From positions 137,394,001-137,458,000 of the forward strand of contig CM059425.1 in assembly GCA_030390025.1 (NCBI GenBank): 64,000 bases of DNA, in the 5' to 3' direction. The notes under the pieces are model-generated. The model ran no database searches. It worked only from the letters and a program-made list of their open reading frames with translations, and had not been told where the DNA came from. How positions within the stretch are numbered: the first letter of the stretch is position 1; every line of letters starts with the position of its first letter. The translations under genes and the position numbers were made by a program. Shown one piece after another: positions 10,560 through 23,964 of this stretch. The stretch comes from Squalus acanthias (taxonomy: Eukaryota).

Positions 10560-11990
10560 TGGCTTAGAAATCGGATTGTGCCTAAGCCAGATGCGCGGGA
10601 AGGGCGAGGCACAGACTGTTATACTATCCGTGCTGCCTGCTAATTATGATAAGTTGTGCTTGCATCCAGCGCTACCCAGGCTATTCATTGGCTGCATGCC
10701 TACTGGGGTGGGGGGGCGATATCAGGAGTCCAGGACAATACTTAAAGGTTGCCAGCACCTCTTAAAGGAAAGTTACATTCAGGCTGCAGAGACTATGGAA
10801 CAACTTGCGGAAGATATGGCTGAAGGAGGGAGCAAGCCGGCACCAAATTTCTGAAATGCTTCGCTGGAGGCCTTGATGCTGGTAGTTGGAGGCGGAGGGA
10901 CATCCTTTTTCCCCCCAAGTGGCAAGAAGCCCTCCACGCATCTACAGATCAGGCAGTTACAAGAGATTGCTGAGTACGTCAATGCCAGGAGCATTTCACC
11001 AAGAACAGGCTGCAATGCGGGAAAAAATTTCAATGACTTAACTAGAGTTGGTAAGGTAAGAAGTCTGCTAAAATACTTTCTGATCATGGTTGCACCATTT
11101 ACAGTCTCATTACTCACAACACTGCCCTCCCCACTACCCTGCACTGACCTGCAATCACTGCACCACACTTCAGTAAACATCCTCCTTCTCATGCTCACAC
11201 ACTCATCACTATTACAGCCATCACTTACCCACAGCTCAAATCTCATACACAGATTATAGCTATTCCACCATGACAGCCACATTCTCCAAACACCTCACAA
11301 GACGCTGCCATCTTGACTTTGAGGACCACTGTTGAATGCAGCTTTCAGGGTGTCACATCATTCCTGCACTCTGTTCTCCAGCAGAGCCCGCGAAGTGCTG
11401 AGGCGCTGCCCCAGGACAGTGGCCTTGTCTCCATGGGAGAGGTACCTGCTAACCTCTCTCAGGATGAGAGTATGTCTACTCCCCGCCAGACAACACCCTT
11501 GCTGATGCTAATCAGCCAGCTGGGCCAAACTGCCCCAGCCCAGACCGAGATGCTGCAGTCTGCAGCTGGGCCCTCAAGGCCCAGAGTTGCTCAAGGTCAT
11601 CCTCCAAGGCCACTTGAAGTGTGCACAATAAAAACTCAGCAACCTTCAACATCTCATGCTGTAGCCATTGGGGAAGCACCTTGTTGGAGCTCCAGGATAG
11701 GGAAATGAGCACACAAGACTAAGGGATTGCACAAGGGTGGTTTGTAATTTTTTGGGCAATGCTGACATGATTTGACTGATCAATTTATTTTTGTTATGGA
11801 TTTGGTGTTGGTATTTGTCTTTGTAGTGAAGTGAGGACAAGACCCACAAGTTTGGGGTGAAGGAAGGCAATCGGATGGTGGCTGTAAGAAGATTTTGTAA
11901 GGATTGTGGAACTGTTGGTAAATGGGGAATGGGAGGGCTGATTTAGTTGAAGTGCTCCTCGATGAACTTATCTCTGAGAGCTCGGGCATC
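10560..11990 (+). mobile_element. PIF/Harbinger deletion derivative with Myb/SANT-like gene remnant
   Basis: 10816-11055 reads APNF*NASLEALM...EIAEYVNARSISPRT...KNFNDLTRVGK followed by a GTAAGA donor. The downstream region resembles 26700-26900 and 41200-41500. Confidence 0.65.
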
Positions 11991-13145
11991 GCTGCAGGAG
12001 TTCCTTAGGCCAATGTCCTAGGCCCAACCATCTTCAGCTGCTTCATCAATGACCTTCTCTCCATCATATCAGAAGTGGGGATGTTCGCTGATGACTGCAG
12101 AGTGTTCAGTTCCATTCGCAAATCCTCAGATAATGAAGCAGTCCATGCCCGCATGCAGCAAGACCGGGACAACATTCAGGCTTGGGCTGATAAGTGGCAA
12201 GTTACATTCGTGTCACACAAGTATCAAGCAATGACCATCTCCAACAAGCAAGAGTCTAACCACCTCCCCTTGACATTCAACGGCATTACCATCGCCAAAT
12301 CCTCCATCATTAACATCCTGGGGGTCACCATTAACCAGAACGTAACTGGACCAGCCACATAAATACTGTGGCTACAAGAGCAGGACAGAGGCTGGATATT
12401 CTGCAATGAGTGACTCACCTCCTGACTCCCCAAAGACATCTACAAGGCACATGTCATGAGTGTGATGGAATACTCTCCACTTGCCTGGATGAGTGCAGCT
12501 CCAACAACACTCAAGAAGCTCGACACCATCCAGGACAAAGCAGCCCACTTTATTGGCACCCCATCCACCACCTTAAACATTCACTCCCTCCACCACCGGT
12601 GTACCGTGGCTGCAGTGTGTACCATCTACAAGATGCACTGCAGCAACTCGCCAAGGCTTCTTCGGCAGCACCTCCCAAACCCGCGACCTCTTCCACCTAG
12701 AAGGACAAGGGCAGCAGGCGCATGGGAACACCATCACCTCCAAGTTCCCCTGCAAGTCACACACCATCCTGACTTGGAAGTATATCGCCGTTCTTTCATT
12801 GTCGTTGGGTCAAAATCCTGGAACTCCCTCCCTAACAGCACTGTGGTTAAATGTTCCCTTTCTTTTCATGCGTAGTCCCTTTAACTGGCTGCTTGGCCCA
12901 TTCAAATTTTCGTGCATGTGCAGTTTCTTCCATATAAAAGCCAGTGAGCAGCCTGCGCGGGACCTATAGACTGCTGCACGGCTGCACAGCTGAGCGGGAA
13001 CATTGCTGTGGCACTACCTTCACCACACAAACTGCAGCAGTTCAAGAAGGCGGTTCACCACCATCTTCTCAAGGGAAATTAGGGATGGGCAATAAATGCT
13101 GGCCTTGCCAGCGAATCACACATCCCGTGATTGAATTTAAAAAAA
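11990..13145 (+). mobile_element. 5'-truncated HER1-like CR1 LINE
   Basis: GMFADDC and AAPTTLKKLDTIQDKAA motifs. 3' tail GGGCAATAAATGCTGGCCTTGCCAGCGA..CATCCC followed by an A-run. Confidence 0.85.
12850..13005 (-). mobile_element. MITE with (C)AATGTTCCC TIRs inserted in the LINE 3' UTR
   Basis: AATGTTCCC...GGGAACATTG, flanked by CTGTGGTT/CTGTGGCA. Reverse homolog of 1744-1913. A partial third copy starts at 13288. Confidence 0.65.
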
Positions 13146-13399
13146 TAGAAGCTCTGGTGGTCACTGCCTCTCCTCTTTTTTCTCCTCTTCCTCCTCCTCT
13201 GAGGCGATCCAAAATGGAAAATGAGTCCTGCGCTTCTTGCATACAATATGCAGAGCTTAGAATATTGCTGGCGTGCGCTCCTGCCAGCAATGTTCCCTTT
13301 AAGCTGTGCAGCCGCGTGGCCGCACAGCTCTCTAGGGATCCTGCGCTGCGGGTGAGCTATTTTTTAAATTGAAATTCCGCGCATGTGGTCAATGACCTT

Positions 13400-13542
13400 T
13401 TGCCAGTTCTGACGAAAGGTCATCAACCTGAAACGTTAACTCTGTTTCTTTCTCCACAGATGCTGCCTGACCTGCTGAGTATTTCCAGCACTTTCTGTTT
13501 TTACTTCAGATTTCCAGCATCCGCAGCATTTTGCTTTTGTAT
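13400..13542 (+). mobile_element. Solo PLE pLTR fragment (family A-related subfamily) with a hammerhead at 13405-13441
   Basis: AGTT CTGACGA A AGGTcatcaACCT GAAAC GTT AACT followed by the pLTR 3' segment. Confidence 0.8.
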
Positions 13543-13550
13543 TTGTTGTA

Positions 13551-14931
13551 AAAAAATGAGAAGTCGCACAACACCAGGTTATAGTCCAACAGATTTATTT
13601 AATTTTACAAGCTTTCGGAGCTGTCGCTCCTTCCTCAGGTAAGTTAGCAGTGAGAGAATCTCCCAGAATTCACAATTTAAACACAGACAAAATCTATTCA
13701 AATATTTCCCTACATCAAAGACACACTAAGAGCACAGCCAAGACAATGAGATGTGTCCCAGGGGGTCCAACGTGTCAAACCACCTGCTGGCTGCATATCC
13801 TGTCAATTTGTGTTGGTTTCTTGTGTTAGTCTTTTAAAAAAAAAACACCTGGGAAGACCGGCCATGATGTCAAGTCACGTTCTGTATCGTGACATGAACC
13901 CGATATCGCGATTGAGGCCATCCTCATGAGTGCGGAACTTGGCTATCAGTTTCTGCTCTATGATTTTGCGCTGTCGTGTATCCCGAAGGCCGCCTTGGAG
14001 GACGCTTACCCGCAGATCCGAGGCTGAATGCCCCTGGCTGCTGAAGTGTTCCCCGACTGGGAGGCAACCCTCCTGCCTGGCGATTGTTGCGCGGTGTCCG
14101 TTCATACGTTGTCTCAGTGTCTGCATGGTCTCGCCGATGTACCATGCTCTGGAGCATCCTTTACTGCAACGTATCAGGTAGACAACGTTGGCCGAGTCAC
14201 ATGAGTATGTACCGTGTACCTGGTGGGTAGTGTCCTCACGTGTGATGATGGTATCTGTGTCCATGATTTGGCATGTCTTGCAGAGGTTGCCGTGGCAGGG
14301 TTGTGTGGTGTCTTGGTTGCTGTTCTCCTGAAAGATGGGTAATCTGCTGCGAACGATGGTACTTTTGAGGTTAGGCGGCTGCTTGAAGGCGAGTAGTGGA
14401 GGCGTGGGGATGGCCTTAGCAAGGTGTTCGTCGTCATCGATGACATGTTGAAGGCTGCGAAGAACATGGCGTAGTTTTTCCGCTCCGGGGAAGTACTGGA
14501 CGACGTAGGGTACTCTGTTGGTTGTGTCCCGTGTTCGTCTTCTGAGGAGGTCTATGCGGTTTTTCGCTGTGGCCCGTCGGAACTGTCGATCGACGAGTCG
14601 AGCATCATATCCCGTTCTTACGAGGGCGTCTTTCAGTGTCCGTAGGTGTCCATCGCGTTCCTCCTCGTCTGAGCAGATCCTGTGTATTCGCAGGGCTTGT
14701 CCATAGGGGATGGCTTCTTTAACGTGGTTAGGGTGGAAGCTGGAGAAGTGGAGCATCGTGAGGTTGTCCGTGGGCTTGCGGTAGAGTGAAGTGCTGAGGC
14801 GTCCGTCTTTGATGGAGATTCGTGTGTCCAAGAATGAAACCGATTCTGAGGAGTAGTCCATGGTGAGTTTGATGGTGGGATGGAACCTGTTGATGCTATC
14901 GTGTAGTCCTTTCAGTGATCCTTCGCCGTGG
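13551..14931 (-). mobile_element. 5'-truncated Penelope-like element, family B (Neptune-type)
   Basis: ORF 13875-14861 has SFLD, YRKPTD, a CHGNLCKTC linker, NVVYLIRC and WYIGET (GIY-YIG). 8-bp TSD TTGTTGTA at 13543-13550 and 14932-14939. Confidence 0.92.
13605..13642 (-). ncRNA. Minimal hammerhead ribozyme (PLE family B)
   Basis: Minus strand reads TTAC CTGAGGA A GGAGC gaca GCTCC GAAAG CTT GTAA. Stem I TTAC/GTAA, stem II GGAGC/GCTCC, palindromic AGCT stem III. Confidence 0.85.
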
Positions 14932-15025
14932 TTGTTGTAGGTAGAGATTCTGTTGCTTCACTTAATTTACTATTGGGGTTCAGGGAGAAACATTTCCTCA
15001 GGAGATTAAATAATTAAAAAAAAAG

Positions 15026-15441
15026 GAAGACTTGCCTTTCATGACCTCAGGACACTTTACAGACAATGAAGTACTTTTGAAGTGTAGTCACTGTTTTAAT
15101 GTAGGAAACACGGCAGCCAATTTGTGCACAGCAAGGTCCCACAAACAGCAATGTGATAATGACCAGATAATCTGTTTTTGTTATGTTGATTGAGATCTAA
15201 ATATTGGCCAGGACACCGGGGATAACTCCCCTGCTCTCCTTCGAAATAATGCCGTGGATCTTTTACGTTTACCTGAGAGAGCAGACAGGGCCTCGGTTTA
15301 ACGTCTCATCTGAAAGACGGCTCTGCTGACAGTACTGGAGTGTAGGCCTAGATTTTTGTGCTCAAGTCTCTGGAGTGGACTTGAACCCACAAGCTTCTGA
15401 CTCAGAGGTAAGAGTGCTACCAGCTGTGCCACGGCTGACAC
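15026..15441 (-). mobile_element. tRNA-derived Deu-domain SINE (SacSINE1/AmnSINE1-like)
   Basis: Minus strand has A box TGGCACAGCTGG, B box GGTTCAAGTCC and a Deu-like core CCGTCTTTCAGATGAGACGTTAAACCGAGGCCC...GTGTCCTGGCCAATATTT. Confidence 0.8.
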
Positions 15442-16639
15442 AGAGTAGAATTAATGTCAGGCCATATTGTACATGGTCTATGAAAGGAATGGGTTTAGAT
15501 GGGCTTTGCTCATTCTGCTCATGACTTGTTATGAACAGTTGGAACCAGACAGATGCATATCCATCAACAAAGCTGCAATGTACTCTCCTCTTTACTCCAT
15601 TAGACAACATGGCTTTAAAAAATTAAAGCAATTAGACTAATTTTCCTGCAATGAAATTACTCCTATCTCAACTAAATCACTAGCTGCCAGGTAGAAATAT
15701 TCTTAATTTGTCACAGATGTGGAAACCTGTGAGCAGAAAGATAACGGGCAGAACCATTGTTTTTTTCTAAAAAATAGGTCAGCTGGATGGCCTTGCAGCC
15801 ATGTAGCACAATGGTGCACCTACATGCTGTGGCAGAGAGTGACAGATTGTGACTTTGTGGTTGTCATTCTCTACATATTGACTTCCGATATCTGCCATGC
15901 TATTGTGGACATAGACTGAGCAGAATCAACATCCCTGGTAACACACCAGCAATGTGGAAGGTTTAAGGGCGGATCCTTTGCGTACCCTCTTGAACAGAGT
16001 GAATGGAGCAGGGGATGATCACGGAAGAAAATTAATTGTGTCTTCATAGGCCATCAATAACTTGCTGTTGTAGGCCTCACAAATGGAAAGCAAATGTCTG
16101 AGTTGGATAAATTCATAGATTAATATAATTAGGCTTTTAGGGTCCAATTTTCCAGTTCTTCTGGCTTCTGATGTCAGAATGGAATGGACGATTGGGACTT
16201 GAAGATCAGGGAGAGCCTCATATTGTTTTGCATTTAGTGGACTCTTCTGTCCAGTCTTTTAGGCTGTTACAAAGTACTGTCGCTCAAAATCTGCCAGGGC
16301 TTAATGATAATGGCCCGAATATCCTGCAATGGTACATAGGATGCACAGCACAAATCAAGCAGTTGTGCTCTCCGATCTTTTTGCACTATACTTACTCCAA
16401 AGATTCCTGGAAAATCGATTTGACTATGGCACAGCGAGCTCAATGACAAATCAGGGACCTCATTTATGGCACAGCCAATGGTTTACCCTACAGACCTACC
16501 ACATGGCACTAAAAATAGCTGAGAGTGAGGCCCATCATTGGGATATAAATTAAGTGTTTGTTCTGATATCATCCTAAATCAATTTTTAAAAGTTTATTAG
16601 TTAAAAATTGTTGTAAAACACTGTAAAAAGTAATTTCCA

Positions 16640-17200
16640 GCATATGGACATGTCACAGAGTCAGGAAGAGGCGAAGAAAAGGAACAGGAATTCTGGTGAT
16701 GAGGACCTCCGGGCCCTCCTTGATGAGGTAGAACAGAGATGAGCCCGGTCGTATTTAATGAAGTTTGGATGCCCTGCGAAAGAGGGCATCTGTCACCTGT
16801 TGAATGCAGGTCCTCACAGCTCCTTGGTCGATGTTACAGAACTCTCCAGTGCCTGACTGCAAGAAACCAGCGTGGTAGAAATTGAGGGCCATCTTCACCT
16901 TTATTTCCACTGATGAGCCCCTGTGGGAGGTAGACCGCGGTTTCAAGGCTTCCTCCAGCATTTCGCAGAGGTGGCCCATTGCTTCCTTGGTAAAAGGCAG
17001 TCTGTGCATGCACAGCTCCTCCGATAGTGCCTGGAATAACATTCGCTCCCAATACAATCTCTGGCGGTGGTAGTAGTGAGTTTGTTGCAGGTTCCAGCCA
17101 TGGTGCCTCACGTAACATGTCTCCACCCTCTGCTCCTGCTCCAGATTCTCCATGATAGTCAAGAACAAGGGAGTTCCCATTGGATAGCTCATTGCAATAC
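16640..17200 (-). pseudogene. Harbinger remnant: transposase N-terminus (minus) abutting a Myb-like start (plus)
   Basis: ORF 16755-17192 LSEELCMHRLPFTKE...VKMALNFYHAGFLQSGTGE...CIQQVTDAL resembles the HARBI1-type N-terminus. Plus strand 16650-16745 reads DEDLRALLDEVEQR. Confidence 0.7.
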
Positions 17201-17762
17201 TTTTACCTTCTTAATGTGTAGAGCGGGTTGGGAGTCTAGAAAGTAATTGCCTTCAGACACTCACAGGACTCTAGATGGAAAAACTGGCAAGAAAAGACTG
17301 CTGAAACTGAGAGAATTAGAAAAAAACCTCTTGAGAACAACTTCCAGACTGCAGGGATAGGCTTCACAGCTTTAATGGTCCCTTTGTTGTCCTCCCAGGC
17401 CGAGAGTCATGTGCGAGCCATAAATTGCTTCAATGGTAGGTCACTCACATTATTGTTTTTCAGTCTAAGTGGATGCAGCGATAAAATGGGCATAAATCCA
17501 GGAAATTCACGATCGACATTGCTAGGCAGGGTTATGATAATTTACTTTTCGCGGTTTCAACGAGGGTATCGGCGGAGTGGCACCAAAGTACCAGAAATTT
17601 ATGGTGCAACGTAAATAATGGCATAATTGGCTTATGCCATTATTTCCTGGAACTGCTACATTGGATTAATGATGCACATGGTTGATGCTATGGAGCAAGT
17701 TTCCAGGAGATTCTGTGCCATGATATTTTAAGTTAAACTAAGTATGATTCTCCATCCAGTTT

Positions 17763-19960
17763 TTTTAATTCATTCATGGGACATGGGCGTCACTGGCAAG
17801 GCCAGCATCTATTGCCCATCCCCAATTACCCTTGGTGGTAGGGAGCTGCCTTCTTGAACCGCTGCATTCTGTGTGGTGAAGGTACTCCCACAGGGCTGTT
17901 AGCTAGGGAGTTCCAGGATTTTGAGCCAGCAATGATGAAGGAACAGGCGATATATTTCCAAGTCAGGATGGTGTGTGACTTGGAGGGGAACTTGGAGGTG
18001 GTGGTGTTCCAATGTGCCTGCTAACCTTGTCCTTCTAGGTAGTAGAGGTCGCGGGTTTGGGAGGTGCGGTCGAAGAAGCCTAGGTGAGTTGCTGCAGTGC
18101 ATCTTGTAGATGGTACACACTGCAGCCACGATACGCCGGTGGTGGAGGGAGTGAATGTTTAAGGTGGTGGAGGATGGGGTGCCAATCAAGCGGGCTGCTT
18201 TGTCCTGGATGGCGTCGAGCTTCTTGAGTGTAGTTGGAGCTGCACTCATCCAGGCAAGTGGAGAGTATTCCATCACACTCCTGACTTGTAAATGGTGGAA
18301 AGGCTTTGGGGAGTCAGGAGGTGAGTCACTCACCGCAGAATACCCAGCCTCTGACCTGCTCTTGTAGCCACAGTATTTGTGTGGCTGGTCCAGTTGACTT
18401 TCTGGTCAATGGTGACCCAAAGGATGTTGATGATGGGGGATTTGACAATGGTAATGCCATTGAATGTCAAGGGGAGGTGGTTAGACTCTCTCTTGTTGGA
18501 GATGGTCATTGCTTGGCACTGCACTTGTGTGGCGCGAATGTTACTTGCCAATTATCAGCCCAAGTCTGAATGTTGTCTGAATCTTGCCTAACACTGTGCA
18601 ATCATCAGCGAACATTCCTACTTCTGACCTGATGATGGGGGGGAAGGTCATTGATGAAGCAGCTGAAGATGGTTGGGCCTAGGATACTGCCCTGAGGAAC
18701 TCCTGCAGCGATGACCTGGGGCTGAGATAATTGGCCTCCAACAGCCACAACCATCTTCCTTTGCGTAGGTATGACTCCAGCCAGAGGAGCGCTTTCCCCC
18801 CCCCCCCGATTCCCATTGACTTCAGTTTTACTAGGGCTCCTTGATGCCGCACTCGGTCAAATGCTGCCTTGATGTCTAGGGCAGTCACTCTCACCTCGCC
18901 TCTGGAATTCAGCTCTTTTGTCCATGTTTGGAATAAGGCTGTATTGAGGTCAGGAGCCCAGTGGTCCTGGCGGAACACAAACTGAGCATCGGTGAGCAGG
19001 TTATTGGTGAGTAAGTGCCGCTTGATAGTACTGTTGACGATACCTTCCATCACTTTGCTGATGATTGAGAGCAGACTGATGAGGCGGTAATTGGCTGGAT
19101 TGGATTTGTCGTGCTTTTTGTGAACATAACATACCTGGGCAATTTTTCACTTTGTTGGATAGATTTTTTTAAAATTCATTTATGGGATGTGGGCATCGCT
19201 GGCAAGGCCAGCATTTGTTGCCCATCCCTAATTGCCCTTGAGAAGGTGGTGGTGAGCCGCCTTCTTGAACCGCTGCAGTCCATGTGGTGAAGGTACAGCC
19301 ACAGTGCTGTTAGGTAGGGAGTTCCAGGATTTTGACCCAGCGACGATGAACGGATCGGCGATATACTTCCAAGTCAGGATAGTGTGTGACTTGGAGGGGA
19401 ACTTGGAGGTGGTGGTGTTCCCATGCGCCTGCTGCCCTTGTCCTTCTAGGTAGAAGAGGTCACGGGTTTGGGAGGTGCTGTCGAAGAAGCCTTGGCGAGT
19501 TGCTGCAGTGCATCTTGTAGATGGTACACACTGCAGCCACTGTACGCTGGTGGTGGAGGGAGTGAATGTTTAAGGTGGTGGATGAGGTGCCAATCAAGCG
19601 GGCTGCTTTGTCCTGGATGCTGTCGAGCTTCTTGAGTGTTGTTGGAGCTGCACTCATCCAGGCAAGTGGAGAGTATTCCATCACACTCCTTACTTGTGCC
19701 TTGTACATGGTGGAAAGGCAATGGGGAATCAGGAGGTGAGTGTTGTAGCTGTACTGGAATAGCTTGGCTTGAGGAGAGGCTAGATCTGGAGCACAAGTCT
19801 TCAGCACTTCACCCAGGATGTTATCAGGGACCCATAGCCTTTGCTGTATCCAATGCACTCAGCCATTTTTTGATATCACATGGAGTGAATTGAATTGGCT
19901 GTGATGGTGGGGACCTCAGGAGGAGGCTGAGATAGATCATGAGATGGGATCACATTCAGC
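17763..19960 (-). mobile_element. HER1-like CR1 LINE containing a nested second copy (19166-19738)
   Basis: RT ORF fragments at 18679-19053, 18330-18551 and 17899-18333. A second 3' tail begins at 19166 and the outer copy resumes at 19739. Confidence 0.85.
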
Positions 19961-20894
19961 ACCTCTTTTTTCTCGCTGAAGTGAACCAAATGGAAGCTCT
20001 CTGTGGGAAGCAGCTCTTTTTAATTTTCAGCTTTACAGTACTTTTTCAGTCGATTTTTTTTATTTTTGTAGTTCCAGAGCAGTTAAATAACCTGGGAGAT
20101 TTTAACTGCACCCCTGCCCTGCCCAACCCGCCCGATTTCTGCCAGACAGGTAGCGTAAAAATCACCTGCTCTATCTCGATATGATTTTACTGGTGGGACT
20201 ACTGCAAATATATGGACAATATTAACTATTTTCTTGTCTATTAACTCTTATTTTGTAACTCGGCAATAAAAAAATCTAGACACAGCCCAAAAATCTGCAC
20301 ATTTAACATCTGCACTTTAATATGACAGTTTAACTACAACACTGGGATATAAAACACAGATGTTACCTTCAGCTTCGCTTTAGATCAGAAATTGAAATTG
20401 TTTATGGTCTAGGTGTTTTTTTAAAGTTGTTTATGCAGCAAAATGCATCTGTCTTATAGGCACTGCCAGCATGAAAAGGTTCTGGAAGAAAATGTGCTCC
20501 TTTAAGTGTAAGTGGAAGCTCCGTTTGCTGGTATTGCTCTTTTCATATCTCCGTGTCGACAGATTGGAAGCCAACTGAGAATAGGCTCTGCACACAGTTC
20601 CATGATGTTTGACAGTTGTCAGCTCGTTGGATTTGGGAGGGTGGGGGTTGACTTACTGTTGCAGATCTGATGAGCTTTATTTTAGGAGCCTGAGGGATAG
20701 AGCGCCATGTTTCTCAGACTCTAGGACTTATTCTTCAGGCCAGTAATACTCTAGTGGGTCTGTTATCATGTGTTGTGCGAAGATCTCTGCTGTGGTTTTG
20801 CTGCTGCAATTTTCACAGTAAAGGTACTTAGTAGATTGTGCATTGTTTATCTGCTAAATACCAACATTGCATTCATTAGTTGAAATGATTCTTA

Positions 20895-21478
20895 GGGGCA
20901 AAAATTGGCTTACGCCCCCTTTGGGCCGATAACTTTGCCGGGGCGCTACTTTTAGCTCTTCGAAATAAAAGTTGTCACCCCCGCACACGAAATTGAATGG
21001 TAGCGCCCCAAGCAGGAGGCGGGGCGTTACTAGAAGCGCTCCCCCTCCCTCTTGGGGCGCTCCAGTTCAATACCGTGGTGCTACGGGTCTCCCTCCCCTT
21101 ATTACGGGGAGTGCCTTGCGCAGCGCAAACTGAGGCCCTGTTGGGCCACCAGGGAGCAGGGTGCCGGCAAAAGAGCCCGGCACTCAAGAAGCAAAAAAAT
21201 GGCCGCCCGGCACCTGCCTTTTAATTATCGCCGCCCCAGCCGCAAGAACGCCCCCCATACCCTGTTGGACATAGCATCCGGCAGTACGTCAGGGGGCACG
21301 ACCCGACCCATCGCCGGAGGCGCAGCGCCAGGGGGCGCTACTGGTTACCACCATCACTAACCTCCCGCTTAATTTCGCGGGAGGTGCGGTGCTGCGCCCG
21401 GGCGTTAGTTGCTTTGTGCCCCATTAGCACCCCAAGGGGGTGCTAACGAGGGGCACAAAGCAACCGAATTTTGCCCCC
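20895..21478. mobile_element. PIF/Harbinger MITE
   Basis: TIRs GGGGCAAAAATT / AATTTTGCCCCC, TSD TTA. Confidence 0.85.
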
Positions 21479-22499
21479 TTAGTCTATTTTATTACCCATA
21501 TGGGCCCCATCTGTTAAAGTGCTGATTGGTGTTTGGAAAGAACTGTTTATTTGCACTATGAGTCGCTCCACTTGGTGTTCGGATCCCAAGCATTATTGTA
21601 TTAAACTGCAGCAATGATGGTGAGAATGGTTTCATGTGACCCAGTTTTTCAGCACATGAAACCAACATCAAGAATCAACAATCAAAAAAAATCCCTCCAG
21701 GTACCTTCTACCTCACGTAATGAGATATTTTTTAATGCTTCAGTGAATCAGCTGTTGTCCTCCAGATGAACACTGTTTTGCTCTAAATCAGGATTCAATC
21801 TGGCTTCACTCCAGGATAACAAAAATCCATTCTGGTGAGTGTAAAAGAAAAACAATAAGTAATGCCAAGTCCCAACACTGTTTCCAAAGTACATGAATAA
21901 AATAGCAACAACCAATACCTGATAATGGAGATGAAGCCCATCTTTGGTCAGCCTGTAGAATTAGAGTGACCCTTTGCTGTAACCACAGCTCACAAATATG
22001 GTATGCCAAGGAAAAAGAAGACAATTGAGTGAAGCTGTCATCTCAAAGGCATATTATTTAAATAGAAGGGCTTGTAACTTGTGAATAAATGAGCACAGAA
22101 GCTGCGTCGCACATATGCAAGAATACAATGTAGTGGAAATTGTGTAAGGGCAGTTCTGCTTTGTAGTACTACATGGCCAATGGGAATTTTAAATAATTAA
22201 ATGGAACTTTTTAAGAATTTGCAAAACAGTAAGCATCATGTGCATAAAGAGCAAACGTTTCCCTAAATATATGCAGGGTGTAATCCGTGGTATAATATAC
22301 TTGATATTTGTCTCTGCTGTTATGTTGACCATCACTACTTGTTGGAGGCCAAGCGTGAGTCATAGGCAGCAACAGTTGAGGGTTAGTTCTGTCATAAAGA
22401 ACTACTCCCTTTGAAAGAGCATATGATGGAATTTATTAGTCAGGATACCCGATTCAGATTTCGGCCTTCAAGAATTAATAGGTCTCATTAACCTATAAA

Positions 22500-23950
22500 T
22501 GGATGCAGGCACCTCCCATAAAAAAGCAATTGTATTGCTAAGACACTGCGTAGATGCTATCAAGTGACTCATGTCCGCTGTCTACAGATGAAAGTAACCA
22601 TAGTCAACACAGGAGGCTTTTAATGAAAAATCCAGAACCTTGCAAAAGCAACATTAACCACCACTTTCACTTAAATTGAGCACTTCCTATGGTCCTAGAA
22701 GCATATGCATGGCACTTTCACAAGAGCTGGGATGACTCAATGAATATAACAGTGCACAAAGCTCTTTGTGGAGATCCATGCGACCTACTCCCATTCCTGC
22801 TATGCTAAGGCTGTACACCTCCTGTGCAGATCTGTTGGAGCAGAGGATGCTGGAACTTGTAGGTGCTAGCTGTCTCCTGTATGTCTAGATATTATGGAGG
22901 AGAACCTGACCTAAATCTCTTCCATTATGAGCTATGCTGGCTAACGCATTGGAGTAGGGGTTCTTATAGAAGCATGCTGATATAGATCATTTCTGTTAGC
23001 TTAGCATTCTTTTGCACAGATCTTTTAGATAAAGTGTCAAACTGCAAGAAGCTATCAAGACCAGCTTTAACATTTAAAAGTGGAGAGGCTGAGAAAAAAT
23101 GTTGATGCCTATCCCAATGATGTTATTCGGCAGTACACCATCGTCATATTGCACAACCTTCTCTGGGGTGTACTTCACTGCACCTCCTCAGGAGATCAAA
23201 ACAAAATTCTTCTTTCAATGTTCCAAAACATTGTTCAGGAGCACCCTGTTTTTGGTTTCAGCCTCACTGAGGTGTTCCTTTGCCCTGTTTATCACAGCGA
23301 CTGGTACCATTAGGTATGGTTGAAGAGGTAAGCAGGAATTCCCCTGGCAGGCAAAAGAACTGCTCCTGTAGGTCTCTGATATTAGTAGTTAGGTTTCTTT
23401 GGAGTCTGCACTCCCTTTCACCCTTCTGTCTCCTGTCTTTATGCAACAGACATAAGTATACCTCATCAATGCTCCTCATTCTGTATACTGCTGCACTCCA
23501 ATTATTTCAACTACAGTTGAAACTGAGGGCAAGCAATTGTGTATTTGAGTAGGACTGGTTGAAGTGATCTGAACCAATTAGGTCTTAAGTGGCCTTCATT
23601 GCATCTGTTGTAATGGGAGAAAAAAGTGAAAGATTTCTGTGCCAATTTCAGCCATCAGAGAACTTGAATTGCCACTGCAGCAGTATTTGCTGCTTCTAAA
23701 TCAAATTCCTTTTACAACAACAGGGATAATAAGTAGCCCAAAGTCAGAGTGGCGATCGAGGCCTTAGATCTCAAAAAGAACTGCCACGTCTCCTTGGGTA
23801 ACATGATAGTTAAATTGTTCTGAAAACATTCAGACTGTAGCTCTGAACTAGATTGCTGATAAAATTATACTTGAGTGATGACTTCGCTGAGCCCCTCTTT
23901 GGCTGCTTCATATAGAATAGGCAATGCCAAGAATGAAACTAAAAACTCCT
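22500..23950 (-). mobile_element. Very old Harbinger remnant
   Basis: Minus strand 23100-23325 gives PYLMVPV...GGAVKYTPEKV, resembling the transposase C-terminus at 40700-40900. Plus strand near 22830 gives EQRMLELVG, like Myb-partner exon 2. Confidence 0.4.
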
Positions 23951-23964
23951 GAGCTGTTCTAAAT

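Noticed and set aside
15360..15441. tRNA gene
   Set aside because: The A/B boxes belong to a SINE head that continues into the Deu domain, and no full cloverleaf is evident. The same applies at 30195 and 31100.
20450..20515. Possible 48-nt host exon (CTTATAG ... GTAAGT)
   Set aside because: Only one frame is open, the peptide is unrecognisable, and no partner exons were found.
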